Shown one piece after another: positions 38,844 through 48,869 of a stretch of DNA of 64,000 nucleotides (its first letter is position 1; every line of letters begins with the position of its first letter). Position numbers and translations under genes: made by a program. Below the pieces are notes generated by a model. It made no database searches. It was given only the letters and a program-made list of their open reading frames with translations, and had not been told where the DNA came from. This DNA is from Pseudomonadota bacterium (lineage in GTDB: Bacteria; Bdellovibrionota; Bdellovibrionia; Bdellovibrionales; Bdellovibrionaceae), in NCBI GenBank assembly GCA_041178425.1, contig JBEGVH010000009.1, positions 96,001 to 160,000 of the forward strand, read 5' to 3'.

Positions 38844-39737
38844 ATGGGAATGATCTTTCTCCGGCAATTCTTTTTAGGAATAAGCAGTATCTTTTTGATA
38901 ACCACGTTCTCGTGGTTATCGACTTCATTTGCTGAAACTCCTCGAATTATTCAAAACTTCACTTCTGATGGCTGTTCAGTTTACAAATCGCTCTCACACG
39001 CTAATTGGGAGTTTTGTTGTGTTGCACATGATTTTGCGTACTGGAAAGGCGGCACACAAGCCGAAAAAAGAATGGCCGATTTAAAATTTCATCAATGCCT
39101 CAAAGATCGTAATGCCACCGATGTTGAATTGGAAACTTGGTTTACTGCAGTCTATGAATTTGGTGACGATCGCTGGGGAAGTGGCTGGGTACCAAAACAC
39201 AAACCCACCTTTACTGAGTTAACACTGCTCGAAAAACAAACGGTGCGGTTAAAAATAAAATCGATGGAAAGGGAGTGTACCGATCTTTCGGAGGAAACTC
39301 TTTGCGGCAACGAAAAAAGCAAACCTTCAAAAAACAAATCTCAATGTATCAAAACAATAAGAGTTCCCCTTCTTGAAGATTATGACTCCCTCGAAAAATG
39401 CACTCACGGCATCGTTAGAACTGTTGAGCTTAATCCACCGAATGACCCTAAAAATAAAATCAAGTCTATTAAGTCTTTGTCTTGTTACAAAATTCAAAAA
39501 AAAGACGACTCCAGCAAAACGGAACACACTCTTATATTTTCGCCTGAGTGCGAGGACGGCTATTTTGTTTTTGAGGATCGAAAGGGCGCAACCCAAGCTC
39601 CTTTTTTTGTTTTACAAGGATTTGGCTCTTGCAAGGACAAAATCAAACCGCAAAAGAGCTGTGTCGACCGAACCAATCTTCGCTACGAATACTTTGTTCC
39701 GGAGGATTTAAGCCCTTCGAAAAGCGGTCAACGCTAG
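38844..39737 (+). CDS. secreted Cys-rich protein with an N-terminal phospholipase A2-like motif
   Basis: Signal peptide; FTSDGCS...CCVAHDFAYWKGG...ADLKFHQC. Confidence 0.55.
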   Translation: MGMIFLRQFFLGISSIFLITTFSWLSTSFAETPRIIQNFTSDGCSVYKSLSHANWEFCCVAHDFAYWKGGTQAEKRMADLKFHQCLKDRNATDVELETWFTAVYEFGDDRWGSGWVPKHKPTFTELTLLEKQTVRLKIKSMERECTDLSEETLCGNEKSKPSKNKSQCIKTIRVPLLEDYDSLEKCTHGIVRTVELNPPNDPKNKIKSIKSLSCYKIQKKDDSSKTEHTLIFSPECEDGYFVFEDRKGATQAPFFVLQGFGSCKDKIKPQKSCVDRTNLRYEYFVPEDLSPSKSGQR

Positions 39738-39846
39738 ACTCTCCAGCTGGCCTAGTACTTTCTCCACTGAACATGATTGATGATCTTCATCGTTGAACAC
39801 TTTTCGCCTACTATGTTAGGAGTTAAGGTTAAACCTGGAGAGCCCT

Positions 39847-40404
39847 ATGTTTGAAATCGTATGGAAATCTTTTCTTCTCGTTACCGCCACCGAAATGGGT
39901 GATAAAACGCAGTTACTCGCTTTGGTACTCACGGCTCGCTTTCGTAAACCTTGGGTCATTATGGCGGGAATCCTGGTTGCAACTATTTTTAATCATGGGT
40001 TGGCCGCTTTCGCCGGACAATGGGTCTCTCAGTCTCTATCTCCATCCGTCTTGAAGTGGGTCTTAGCCGCAAGCTTTTTTGGATTCGCGTTTTGGGTTCT
40101 CATTCCCGACAAAGACGATGAAAAAGTGCACTCCTCAACGGCTAGCGCCTTCTTTGTAACATTGGTGTCATTCTTTTTTGCGGAGATGGGAGACAAAACC
40201 CAGTTGTCCACCGTGGCTCTCGCTGCTCGATTCGGTGACATTGCATGGGTGACACTCGGAACTACGCTTGGAATGTTGGTGGCTGATGGGCTGGCCGTTT
40301 TTCTTGGCGAAAGAATTACGAAAGTTATTTCCATGAAGTGGATGCGAAGAGTGACGAGCATACTCTTTTTACTTTTCGGCCTTTTAATTCTGGTAGCTCA
40401 ATAA
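39847..40404 (+). CDS. TMEM165/GDT1 (UPF0016) Mn2+/Ca2+ transporter
   Basis: Two EMGDKTQL motifs. Confidence 0.95.
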   Translation: MFEIVWKSFLLVTATEMGDKTQLLALVLTARFRKPWVIMAGILVATIFNHGLAAFAGQWVSQSLSPSVLKWVLAASFFGFAFWVLIPDKDDEKVHSSTASAFFVTLVSFFFAEMGDKTQLSTVALAARFGDIAWVTLGTTLGMLVADGLAVFLGERITKVISMKWMRRVTSILFLLFGLLILVAQ

Positions 40405-41157
40405 TTAGTTGAGACAATCGCAAACAAAAGACTTTACAGCGTCTCGACGACATTTTACCAAGTGCCCCTCATCTTTTAACGAAAGACTCTGGATACCTTC
40501 GTTCACTTTCTCTACACCTAGCTGTAAACCACCCTGAAGTTGAATAAGGCGAGTTTCGGTTATTTTTCCTGGAGTTCCCTGAGTCTGAAGGCTATCAAAT
40601 GAGGCCATGTCACGCCCGATTCCCTCAGGAAGATCTATCGGCCTAGGAAAACCATCTTCATCTGTCTCGTGCCAATAAACATCGCTTCCCTCTTCGGGAC
40701 TTATCCACTCGTAAACTAGCGTTCGCAGCAATCCTGTTTTCATGCGCAATTCTACTTTTTTCTCTAAGAGTAGATCTTCTTGAACAGGACCCAATTGATT
40801 TTGGAGACTCGTCACCAATTGGCTTAAGTCTCCTCCGCCAGAATTAACATTACTCAGTGGACCATCGCCAAAACAAACTTTAATTTCATCAAGAATAGGG
40901 CTCGCAAGATCAGCTCCAAGAACCCCTTCCGCTTTGGGTGCTTGACTGGCCGTTCTCGAAGTCTCAGGCCGCGGAATGCTCGATCCCCAAAAGGGCTCGG
41001 GCAATGGAGGTTCAGAGTCTTTTTTTAAATAATTATTAGTTACACGAGGAGCCTTCGGCTCGGGGCGCCCATATTTGAGCCACCATTGGTATGGGAATTC
41101 ATATCCCCAAAAAAGCAGTAATCCCAAAAACACTGAGATCAAAAGGCCTTTTCTCAT
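40405..41157 (-). CDS. hypothetical membrane-anchored/exported protein
   Basis: 250-aa ORF with an N-terminal hydrophobic segment and a Pro-rich linker; AAGGGG RBS. Confidence 0.7.
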   Translation of the reverse strand: MRKGLLISVFLGLLLFWGYEFPYQWWLKYGRPEPKAPRVTNNYLKKDSEPPLPEPFWGSSIPRPETSRTASQAPKAEGVLGADLASPILDEIKVCFGDGPLSNVNSGGGDLSQLVTSLQNQLGPVQEDLLLEKKVELRMKTGLLRTLVYEWISPEEGSDVYWHETDEDGFPRPIDLPEGIGRDMASFDSLQTQGTPGKITETRLIQLQGGLQLGVEKVNEGIQSLSLKDEGHLVKCRRDAVKSFVCDCLN

Positions 41158-41296
41158 AAACCCCTTAGATCATGGTCGAGGGGTAGGGAGCAACCCGTTG
41201 AGATTCTCTCTGAAAAATGGCCAATTTTTGTGTCGTATTGAGACACCCTTCATTCCTATACTAGGCCCACCGAGGCAAATGAACCATAATTGAGCT

Positions 41297-42094
41297 ATGG
41301 GGGCCCTCGTGACGTCTGGCAAATTAAGTCTATTTCTTGTAATTCTTTCGTTATGCTTGGCGACGTTTCAGGCCGAAGCTAAACAAGGACGGCGGAGATC
41401 AGGTTCCATAGAAGGTATGAGATTCCCTGCTCAAGAGGCAGGAACCGGAGAGAATGAAGAGGATGTTTTCGACCCCTTTGCCGATTTTTCAGAATTTGAG
41501 TCGAATCGCGACGAAGAAGAAGACCTTAACTTTTTTAAGAATGGGCGAATGTTAACTCTTGGTTTTCAAGGGGGTATGACAAACTTCACCAAAGAAATGG
41601 CAGAAAAATATCAGTCGACCTTTCGCTATGGTCTTTTTATCAGTTACTTCTTTGATCTCAACTTTGCCATCCAGCTTCACTGGCACTCAGCCGATGCGCC
41701 TATTGCATACCGCTCGCTCATCGATACCCGAACAGGCAATGCGAGTTTTAGTAACCTTGGTTTTTCCGTTAAATATTTTTTGAATACTCAAAACGTCACA
41801 AAGGGCCTCGCCAATCTGAATCCCTATTTTCTCGTGGGAATGTCTAATTACGCAAGAACCATCCGTTTCGGTAGTATTAATGGATCGATAAAAGACTCAT
41901 CCACTGGCTTTAATGGCGGCATGGGCATTGAAGTTCCGATGATGCGCAAAAAACTTTTTTGGGGTCTTCAGCTTAACTATGACCTTGTGAGTTTTAAAGA
42001 CGAAAACATTCCCGAAGTCATCGAAGGCAACAACTATGGCACGGCGAAGGGTGACATGTGGAATGTGATAGGAACCGTTGGTATCAACTTTTAG
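41297..42094 (+). CDS. outer-membrane beta-barrel protein with an acidic N-terminal extension
   Basis: Signal peptide, alternating beta strands, NPYFLVG, C-terminal VGINF. Start may be GTG 41309. Confidence 0.75.
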   Translation: MGALVTSGKLSLFLVILSLCLATFQAEAKQGRRRSGSIEGMRFPAQEAGTGENEEDVFDPFADFSEFESNRDEEEDLNFFKNGRMLTLGFQGGMTNFTKEMAEKYQSTFRYGLFISYFFDLNFAIQLHWHSADAPIAYRSLIDTRTGNASFSNLGFSVKYFLNTQNVTKGLANLNPYFLVGMSNYARTIRFGSINGSIKDSSTGFNGGMGIEVPMMRKKLFWGLQLNYDLVSFKDENIPEVIEGNNYGTAKGDMWNVIGTVGINF

Positions 42095-42095
42095 T

Positions 42096-43442
42096 TTAAA
42101 AAAATCGAAACACAAATCCCAACACTATAACCACGGGCACAAAATATTTTAAACTCCACCGCCAAGGTCCATAAAGGGAAGAACTATTAAGGTGTTCGGG
42201 GTTGCAGAATTCTTGCTCCTTTGGAGCCTCTGGAATAATTGCCGAGATCACAAAACTCACACATAAAGCCACCAAAGGTAGGGCCCAAGTGATCAAGACC
42301 GTATCAATATTTTCAAGTAACCCTCTCCCGCCCATTTGAATTTGACTTAAATTACTACTCGAAAAAGCTGGAATTGTTGCAATTAAAAACGCAAAAACAC
42401 AACTAATCATCGTCGACTTACGACGACCAAGACGAGGAAAACGATCTCCCATATTTGAAACAACAGCTTCAAGCAATCCAATGCTTGCACCCAGTGAGGC
42501 CAGATATAAACACAAAAAGAAAACCAAACCCAAATAGGGGCCGGCTTTACTCATCATAAAAAAAGCAGGTAACGCTTCGAAAATCAAAGTGGGATCGGTC
42601 AATCGAGCTTGTGATACCTGCAAAGCCATAGGAAAGACCAATAACCCTGCCAAGAGTGAAATCATTGTGTCGGTGAAGGCTACTCGAAATCCGGCCGTTG
42701 GCACGTGATCATTGTCATTCATGTAGCTTCCGAAGGTGACCATGGTTCCGAATCCAACAGAGAGAGTGAAGAAAACATGACCGAGAGCTGAGATTAGCGA
42801 GGATGAGTTCAATTTTGAAAAATCAGGATAAAATATGAATCGCAACGCCTGCCCAGCTGTTGGCAAGGCCAACGAACGTGCCACTAAATAAACTAGTAAG
42901 ATAATAAAGAGTGGCATCATGTTTCCAATCCACTTCTCGACGCCCTCTTGCACACCCTTGACCACAACAATGAAAACTATCAGAAGGTGAACACTCGCCA
43001 GCCCTGCCTGCAAAAGCCCGTTTGCCATCAGCGCTGCTAGAAAATCGTTTTGTTCCACGTTAGCGCGCACAAAACCCGACAAAAATTGCATGGCAAAATG
43101 AAGCACCCAACCACTTATTACGGCGTAATAACTGAGAATAATCAGAGATAAAATAACACTAATCGGTGCGATAAATTGAAGAAGCCTAACATTGGCCCCT
43201 TTAATCTGAGGTGCTGCCCCCATTAGACTTCTTTGGGTAAACTTTCCGAGCAGTAATTCTCCAACCAAAAGGGGTAAACCAACTGAGAGCGCCAACACTA
43301 AGTAAAGGAGCACGAAGGCTCCTCCACCGTTTTCCCCAACGACGTATGGAAAACGCCACACATTGCCGAGCCCACATGCAGAGCCTATGGCAACCAGATA
43401 AAAGCCCAATCGAGTTGCCCACAGGCTGCGCTTCGTTCTCAT
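42096..43442 (-). CDS. sodium-dependent transporter (NSS/SNF family)
   Basis: GSACGLGNVWRFPY, NGGGAF, FFTLSVGFG. Confidence 0.95.
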   Translation of the reverse strand: MRTKRSLWATRLGFYLVAIGSACGLGNVWRFPYVVGENGGGAFVLLYLVLALSVGLPLLVGELLLGKFTQRSLMGAAPQIKGANVRLLQFIAPISVILSLIILSYYAVISGWVLHFAMQFLSGFVRANVEQNDFLAALMANGLLQAGLASVHLLIVFIVVVKGVQEGVEKWIGNMMPLFIILLVYLVARSLALPTAGQALRFIFYPDFSKLNSSSLISALGHVFFTLSVGFGTMVTFGSYMNDNDHVPTAGFRVAFTDTMISLLAGLLVFPMALQVSQARLTDPTLIFEALPAFFMMSKAGPYLGLVFFLCLYLASLGASIGLLEAVVSNMGDRFPRLGRRKSTMISCVFAFLIATIPAFSSSNLSQIQMGGRGLLENIDTVLITWALPLVALCVSFVISAIIPEAPKEQEFCNPEHLNSSSLYGPWRWSLKYFVPVVIVLGFVFRFF

Positions 43443-44791
43443 CGCCCCTCTCCACCTCCGCTTTTCATGACGAAAATGCGTATTGGAATTCCGTGAAGAT
43501 CAAATCGGCTCTTGAGATGCTTCATCAAAAACCGACGATACTGTGGAGTCACACCGTCGGGGTGGTTGGCAAAAGCAATAAACGACGGTGGTTTTTGGAA
43601 TGTTTGAGTTAAGTAGTAGAACTTAACATTCGTTGTTCCCCATACGGGGGCAGGAGCTTTTCGAATAGTTTCAAAAAAGAAATCATTAAGCTCTGCCGTT
43701 TGAATGCGCGTTTCAAGTTTAACAGAAACATCTTCGATTGTTTTAAGGAGCGCTTCTAGCCCAGAGCCAGTCACTGCACTTGTAAAGACGATAGGTATGT
43801 CTGAGAAGAAATGAAGTTCTTCCTCAACGCGACCTCTAAACCAATCCCTGTAGCCCTCCACCTTATCTTTGGCCGTATCTGATTTATTAGCAACTAAGAC
43901 CACAGCTTTGTGATTTTCTAAAATATGCTGCAATATTTTTGCATCTTGATCGGTAGGTCCAATATTACCGTCGATGACCAACAAGATAATCTGAGCTCGA
44001 CGAATCGACTCCTGAGATTTAAAAGCTGACAAGATCTCTATATCATCCTCTCGTCGTGCCGATCGACGAAGACCAGCAGTATCTACAAGAACATATTGAC
44101 TACCATTATAAATAAAAGGTGTATCGACCGAATCAACGGTGGTGCCCGCGATATCACTCACGATCATACGGTTCTCACCGGTAAGAGCATTTACGATTGA
44201 ACTCTTTCCTACGTTGGGTTTACCCACAATGGCTAAGCGAGGGCCACGCTGAAGATCTTGTTTAAATTCTGGTAAATTTTTATGTAGCCACTCCAAGAGT
44301 TCACTAAGTCCTCGGCGTTGCTCAAAGGAGGTCGCCACGAGGTCTTCGCCAAACTCATAAAACTCTGCTTTAACAAGATCTTCATCTCGGCCGCTATCGA
44401 CCTTGTTAACAACGATCAACAACTTTTTACCAACCGTTTTGGCAATTCGCACCACTTCACGATCTTCAGGTATCAAGCCAGCGCGTCCATCCATTACAAC
44501 AACCAGGAGATCGACGTCCGAAAGAAACTCGACGACTTGTTCGCGAATAAGTTGCGAAAAGGTATCAGGAGCTTCTGTAAGCCCACCTGTATCTACGATA
44601 AGAAACTTTTTTCCCCAAATTTCTGCAACTTCTAATTGGATATCGCGAGTCACACCGGGCTGATCTTTAACGACAGCCTTTCTGGTCTCGGTCAACAAGT
44701 TAAACAATGTAGATTTACCAACATTGGGGCGACCAATGATAGCCACTTTGGGAAAATCACCCTGCATACTTTCACTTGGTTGAAATGACAT
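43439..44791 (-). CDS. der: ribosome biogenesis GTPase Der/EngA
   Basis: Two G-domains (GRPNVGKS, GKPNVGKS; DTGG, DTAG) and a KH-like tail. GGAGGAG RBS before 44791. Confidence 0.97.
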   Translation of the reverse strand: MSFQPSESMQGDFPKVAIIGRPNVGKSTLFNLLTETRKAVVKDQPGVTRDIQLEVAEIWGKKFLIVDTGGLTEAPDTFSQLIREQVVEFLSDVDLLVVVMDGRAGLIPEDREVVRIAKTVGKKLLIVVNKVDSGRDEDLVKAEFYEFGEDLVATSFEQRRGLSELLEWLHKNLPEFKQDLQRGPRLAIVGKPNVGKSSIVNALTGENRMIVSDIAGTTVDSVDTPFIYNGSQYVLVDTAGLRRSARREDDIEILSAFKSQESIRRAQIILLVIDGNIGPTDQDAKILQHILENHKAVVLVANKSDTAKDKVEGYRDWFRGRVEEELHFFSDIPIVFTSAVTGSGLEALLKTIEDVSVKLETRIQTAELNDFFFETIRKAPAPVWGTTNVKFYYLTQTFQKPPSFIAFANHPDGVTPQYRRFLMKHLKSRFDLHGIPIRIFVMKSGGGEGR

Positions 44792-45674
44792 AACCCAACT
44801 CCTCCATCATTTGCTGATTACCCATCCAATTCGGACGAATCGCTACGTGAAACTGCAGAAACACTTTGCTACCCATGAGTTTCTCAATGTCTTTTCGAGC
44901 CTCTGTTCCAATTTTTTTCAAAGTAGCGCCGCCCTTTCCAATGACTATACCTTTGTGAGTATCCTTGCTCACCAAAATCTCAAAGGAGAGATGGGGAATC
45001 GCTTCTGTTTCATCGAATTTTATCATTCGCACAGCCATCTGGTAAGGAAGCTCTTTTTCAAGAAACTCAAAACACTTTTCTCGAACCAATTCGACTGCGA
45101 GCTCCCGCATTGTATGGGGCGTGAAAATCTCACTGTCATAAAGTGGGCCAGGGTTCCCAGGAAGGTTCTCTCGGCAAAACTGTAAAATGTCAGCTGTGGG
45201 CACGCCCTCTTCATGAGAGCAGGTTCCGGTAAAATACTTTCCCTTACGAAGTTCAACTTTTTCAATAATCTTACCGAGGCGATGGGCCTTTTCCTGAAGG
45301 TCGGTCTTGTTTATAAAAACAGCCCATGGTTTGCGATGGTGGGCAACCATATCAAGAATTTCATCCACTTGTTCTGGGGTCTCCGTATCAAGACTCACAA
45401 TCGCTAACAGAACATCACTCTCTTCAATAACCGATTGTAATTCTTTTTGCAAAAATGGATTGATCCCAGAGCTCGTTTTCACAAGGCCAGGAGCATCTAC
45501 AAAAACTACTTGGGTCTCTTCTGTTGTTACTATTCCCAAAACACGTCGACGAGTCGTTTGTGGTTTGGGTGTGACCGCTGCTACTTTCTCATCAACTATT
45601 CGGTTGAGAAAACTACTCTTTCCTGCATTTGGGTGCCCTATTAATCCGACAAAGCCCGCTTTAAATTCACTCAT
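44772..45674 (-). CDS. era: GTPase Era
   Basis: GHPNAGKS, PQTTR, DAPG, NKTD, ELPY, VIGKGG KH domain. Confidence 0.97.
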   Translation of the reverse strand: MSEFKAGFVGLIGHPNAGKSSFLNRIVDEKVAAVTPKPQTTRRRVLGIVTTEETQVVFVDAPGLVKTSSGINPFLQKELQSVIEESDVLLAIVSLDTETPEQVDEILDMVAHHRKPWAVFINKTDLQEKAHRLGKIIEKVELRKGKYFTGTCSHEEGVPTADILQFCRENLPGNPGPLYDSEIFTPHTMRELAVELVREKCFEFLEKELPYQMAVRMIKFDETEAIPHLSFEILVSKDTHKGIVIGKGGATLKKIGTEARKDIEKLMGSKVFLQFHVAIRPNWMGNQQMMEELGYVISTK

Positions 45675-45709
45675 TTCAATCAACCTTCCTCAATGTCTGC
45701 GTCTTAAAT

Positions 45710-46408
45710 TTAAACTTTTATTTCTCGACCTAAGAATTCCTCTAAGGCCACTTGTGCAGCGTTTTGTTCTGCTTGTTTTTTACTTTTGCCTTCGCCAAAG
45801 GCGAGCACTTTATCAACGACTCGAACACTCACTCTGAAGGTACGATCATGAGGAGGGCCAGATTCACTTTCTAAAACATAGGTTGGCGTTTGCAAAAGCT
45901 CCTTTTGCACCACTTCTTGCAAGCGTGTTTTATAATCTTTGCGATACTCTTGTTCGGTTCCCTGATTTTGCACCCGCTGATGGAAGAACTGAGCCACCAC
46001 CCTGAATGCTTGTTCGTAACCACTATCGAGATAAATGGCTCCAATCAGTGCCTCGAGAGCGCTCGCTATCAATCGCGGTTTAAGGGCGCCACCACTCAAT
46101 CGCTCACCTTTTCCTAGGATCAATAATTCAGAAAGTCCCAGATCCTGCCCAATCACAGCTAAGGTACCCTCGCTCACCAAAGCAGCGCGGCGATGGGAGA
46201 GTGGGCCCTCTTGCTCATTGGGATAGGAGCGCCAAAGTAAATCGCTCACCGCAAGATCAAGAACTGCATCACCAAGGAATTCGAGCCTTTCGTTATCGAC
46301 GCCCTCTGACCTACCATGTTCAACGGCAAAACTTCGATGGGTGAGCGCCTGCTCTAATAACTGAGCGCTCTTAAACTGATAATTGATTTTATTCATGAGA
46401 TTATTCAT
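45710..46408 (-). CDS. rnc: ribonuclease III
   Basis: ALTHRS, NERLEFLGDAVL, EALIGAIYLD, dsRBD. Confidence 0.98.
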   Translation of the reverse strand: MNNLMNKINYQFKSAQLLEQALTHRSFAVEHGRSEGVDNERLEFLGDAVLDLAVSDLLWRSYPNEQEGPLSHRRAALVSEGTLAVIGQDLGLSELLILGKGERLSGGALKPRLIASALEALIGAIYLDSGYEQAFRVVAQFFHQRVQNQGTEQEYRKDYKTRLQEVVQKELLQTPTYVLESESGPPHDRTFRVSVRVVDKVLAFGEGKSKKQAEQNAAQVALEEFLGREIKV

Positions 46409-47744
46409 GAATCACCCGCTCTCCCTTAAGTGAAATCTCAAAACTCGATAGCGAAGGGCGCATCCAATCGGAAACGGTAACATCGATTTCAGATCCAGGC
46501 GCCAAGAGAGAGCCACTCTGAGCCACTTGAACGGGCCAGTAGTCTCTCGAGAGACCATGAATGATCCCTTCCTGGTTTTTAAGAATGAGTATCTTTTTTG
46601 AGGTACCAACCTGAAGTGCGGCCTCTTCTTGATGGCGAGCCATCGATAAATCCCGCAGAAATTCAGAACGACGACGACGTTCCGAGACCGCAACTGTCTC
46701 GCTCATCTGCGCCGCTCTCGTTCCCGACCGCTCACTGTAAGGAAACACGTGTAGACGTGTCCATGGTGTATCTTTTAAAAGTTCGTAGGTTTTCAAAAAG
46801 CGTTCATCTGTTTCGGTTGGAAATCCAACAATAACATCCATTCCAATAAATGCATCTGGAAGTCGACGCCGAATGGTCTCGAGCGATGTACGCACATCTT
46901 TTGCAGAGTACTTTCGCTTCATATCTTTCAAAACCTGATCTTCTGCGCTCTGAATACTCATGTGAAAATGAGGACAAAGCCTTGAATCACTATACAGGTC
47001 TAATAATCTCTCCGAAACTTCTACAGGCTCCAGTGAGGTTAAACGAATTCGTTGAATTGCAGTTCGCTTCAATACGGTTTCAATTAAATCTTCTAGCAGT
47101 AGTTCTTCATTGGCTTTCGCATCGGAATAATCGCCAATGTGAACACCTGTCAAAACCACTTCATTGTATCCTGCTCTCTCAAGATCTTTGATTCGAGTCA
47201 CTAGAACATCGATTGGAATACTTCGACTCTTTCCCCGCGCATAGGGAATGATACAATAGGTACAAAAACTATTACATCCATCTTGTATTTTAAGAAAGGC
47301 TCTCGTGTGTTGGCTCTCTTCACCCCCACCTGCTTCGAGGTCTTCTTTTCTAAAAATATTGGATTTAAAAATTTTTTCTTTAATCTCACCCTTGAAATAC
47401 TGCTCTATAATTTCGGGCAAGAAATTCTTGTGAGAATTAGCCACCACTAGATCGGCACCCGGCAAGGATTCATAAACATTCGTATCGACCTGTGCCGAAC
47501 ACCCGGTCACGACCACCGTGGAGAAAGGGTCTTTGGCCTTAATGCGCCGAATACTCTTAACTGCCTCTTTGGTCGCCTCTGCAGTGACCGCACAGGTATT
47601 AAGAATGTGAATTCTGCGATCGTGCCAGTTCTGATTGAATCCCCATCGTTGGAGATTTTTTTCCATCAAGCCACTATCGTAAGTATTGACCTTACAACCA
47701 AAGGTATAAATTTTGTAATTTGGTTTGGTAAGTTGATTATCCAT
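46401..47744 (-). CDS. mtaB: tRNA t6A methylthiotransferase MtaB
   Basis: TFGCKVNTYD, NTCAVT, VTGC, KIQDGCNSFCTYC, HVFPYSER. TAATG coupling with mnmA. Confidence 0.92.
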   Translation of the reverse strand: MDNQLTKPNYKIYTFGCKVNTYDSGLMEKNLQRWGFNQNWHDRRIHILNTCAVTAEATKEAVKSIRRIKAKDPFSTVVVTGCSAQVDTNVYESLPGADLVVANSHKNFLPEIIEQYFKGEIKEKIFKSNIFRKEDLEAGGGEESQHTRAFLKIQDGCNSFCTYCIIPYARGKSRSIPIDVLVTRIKDLERAGYNEVVLTGVHIGDYSDAKANEELLLEDLIETVLKRTAIQRIRLTSLEPVEVSERLLDLYSDSRLCPHFHMSIQSAEDQVLKDMKRKYSAKDVRTSLETIRRRLPDAFIGMDVIVGFPTETDERFLKTYELLKDTPWTRLHVFPYSERSGTRAAQMSETVAVSERRRRSEFLRDLSMARHQEEAALQVGTSKKILILKNQEGIIHGLSRDYWPVQVAQSGSLLAPGSEIDVTVSDWMRPSLSSFEISLKGERVIHE

Positions 47745-48826
47745 TAGAGAATCCAACCTCCACCAACAAGTTCTCTGTCACGATAAAAAACGGCTGCCTG
47801 CCCCGGAGTGATCGCACGCTGGGGTTCAGCAAACTTTAATCGATAACCCTTTTCAGATTTAGAGATTGTGGCCATGGAACCAGGGTGTTGATAACGAATT
47901 TTGACTCTGAGGTCTTCGCCCTCTGACCAATGAGTTAGCCAGTTAACGTTTTGGATTTCTAATTCAGAGTGAAAGAGAAATTTTTCATCTCCCACCCAAA
48001 CAGTCTGAGTTTCAGCATCGAGTTTAATCACAAATAATTTTTCGTGAAAGGTCATCCCTAAACCACGACTTTGTCCGAGCGTGAACTGATAGATTCCACG
48101 ATGTTCTCCCATTATTTCACCCTCGGGGTAACGTCGAATATAGCCTGCCTTGAGGTCTTTCTTATCTACGTGCTCTTCAACAAAAGTTGTGTAGCCCCGA
48201 TCACCCACAAAACAAATTCCCGTCGAATCTTTCTTTTTGGCCACACAAAGCCCTCTCGCTTCTGCTATGGCCCTGACTTCGGGCTTTTTCAAGTGTCCGA
48301 TGGGAAACATGATTTTCCCTAGAATCTCTTTTTTTAGGGTGAAAAGAAAATAGGTCTGATCTTTCCAGTCATCAGTGCTGGTAAAAATAGCTTCTTCATT
48401 CCATGCATTCTTTACCACTTGTGCATAGTGACCCGTTGCCAAATAATCGCAGTCGAGTTCTTTCATTTTTTGTACGAGGTGATCAAACTTCAAAAAGGTA
48501 TTGCAATTCACGCAAGGAAGCGGAGTTTGCCCCTTTAAGTAAGAATTCAAAAAAGGATCGATCACCGCAGATTTAAATTTTGCCTCACAATTAATAACAT
48601 AAAAAGGAATGTCTAAACGATCGGCGACGCTTCTAGCATCATCGACATCTGTACTTGAGCAGCATGTTCCATGACCTTCCTCAATATCACATTGAGAATA
48701 ATCCCAGACTTGCATCGTGGCGCCGATCACCTGATAACCTTGTTCAACTAAAAGAGCTGCAGCAACAGAGCTATCCACTCCTCCACTCATCGCCACCAGA
48801 ACTCTTTTCTTGTTATTCTTTTCCAT
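47744..48826 (-). CDS. mnmA: tRNA 2-thiouridylase MnmA
   Basis: AMSGGVDSSV, PCVNCN, ATGHYA, KDQTYFL, DSTGICF, ITPGQ. Confidence 0.97.
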   Translation of the reverse strand: MEKNNKKRVLVAMSGGVDSSVAAALLVEQGYQVIGATMQVWDYSQCDIEEGHGTCCSSTDVDDARSVADRLDIPFYVINCEAKFKSAVIDPFLNSYLKGQTPLPCVNCNTFLKFDHLVQKMKELDCDYLATGHYAQVVKNAWNEEAIFTSTDDWKDQTYFLFTLKKEILGKIMFPIGHLKKPEVRAIAEARGLCVAKKKDSTGICFVGDRGYTTFVEEHVDKKDLKAGYIRRYPEGEIMGEHRGIYQFTLGQSRGLGMTFHEKLFVIKLDAETQTVWVGDEKFLFHSELEIQNVNWLTHWSEGEDLRVKIRYQHPGSMATISKSEKGYRLKFAEPQRAITPGQAAVFYRDRELVGGGWIL

Positions 48827-48869
48827 ATACTTTCTCACTCAATAAATGACGTATAAACTCTTGCAAGAA

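Noticed and set aside
39738..39846. yybP-ykoY Mn riboswitch upstream of the TMEM165/GDT1 gene
   Set aside because: The expected GGGGAGUAG / GAGACC elements were not found.
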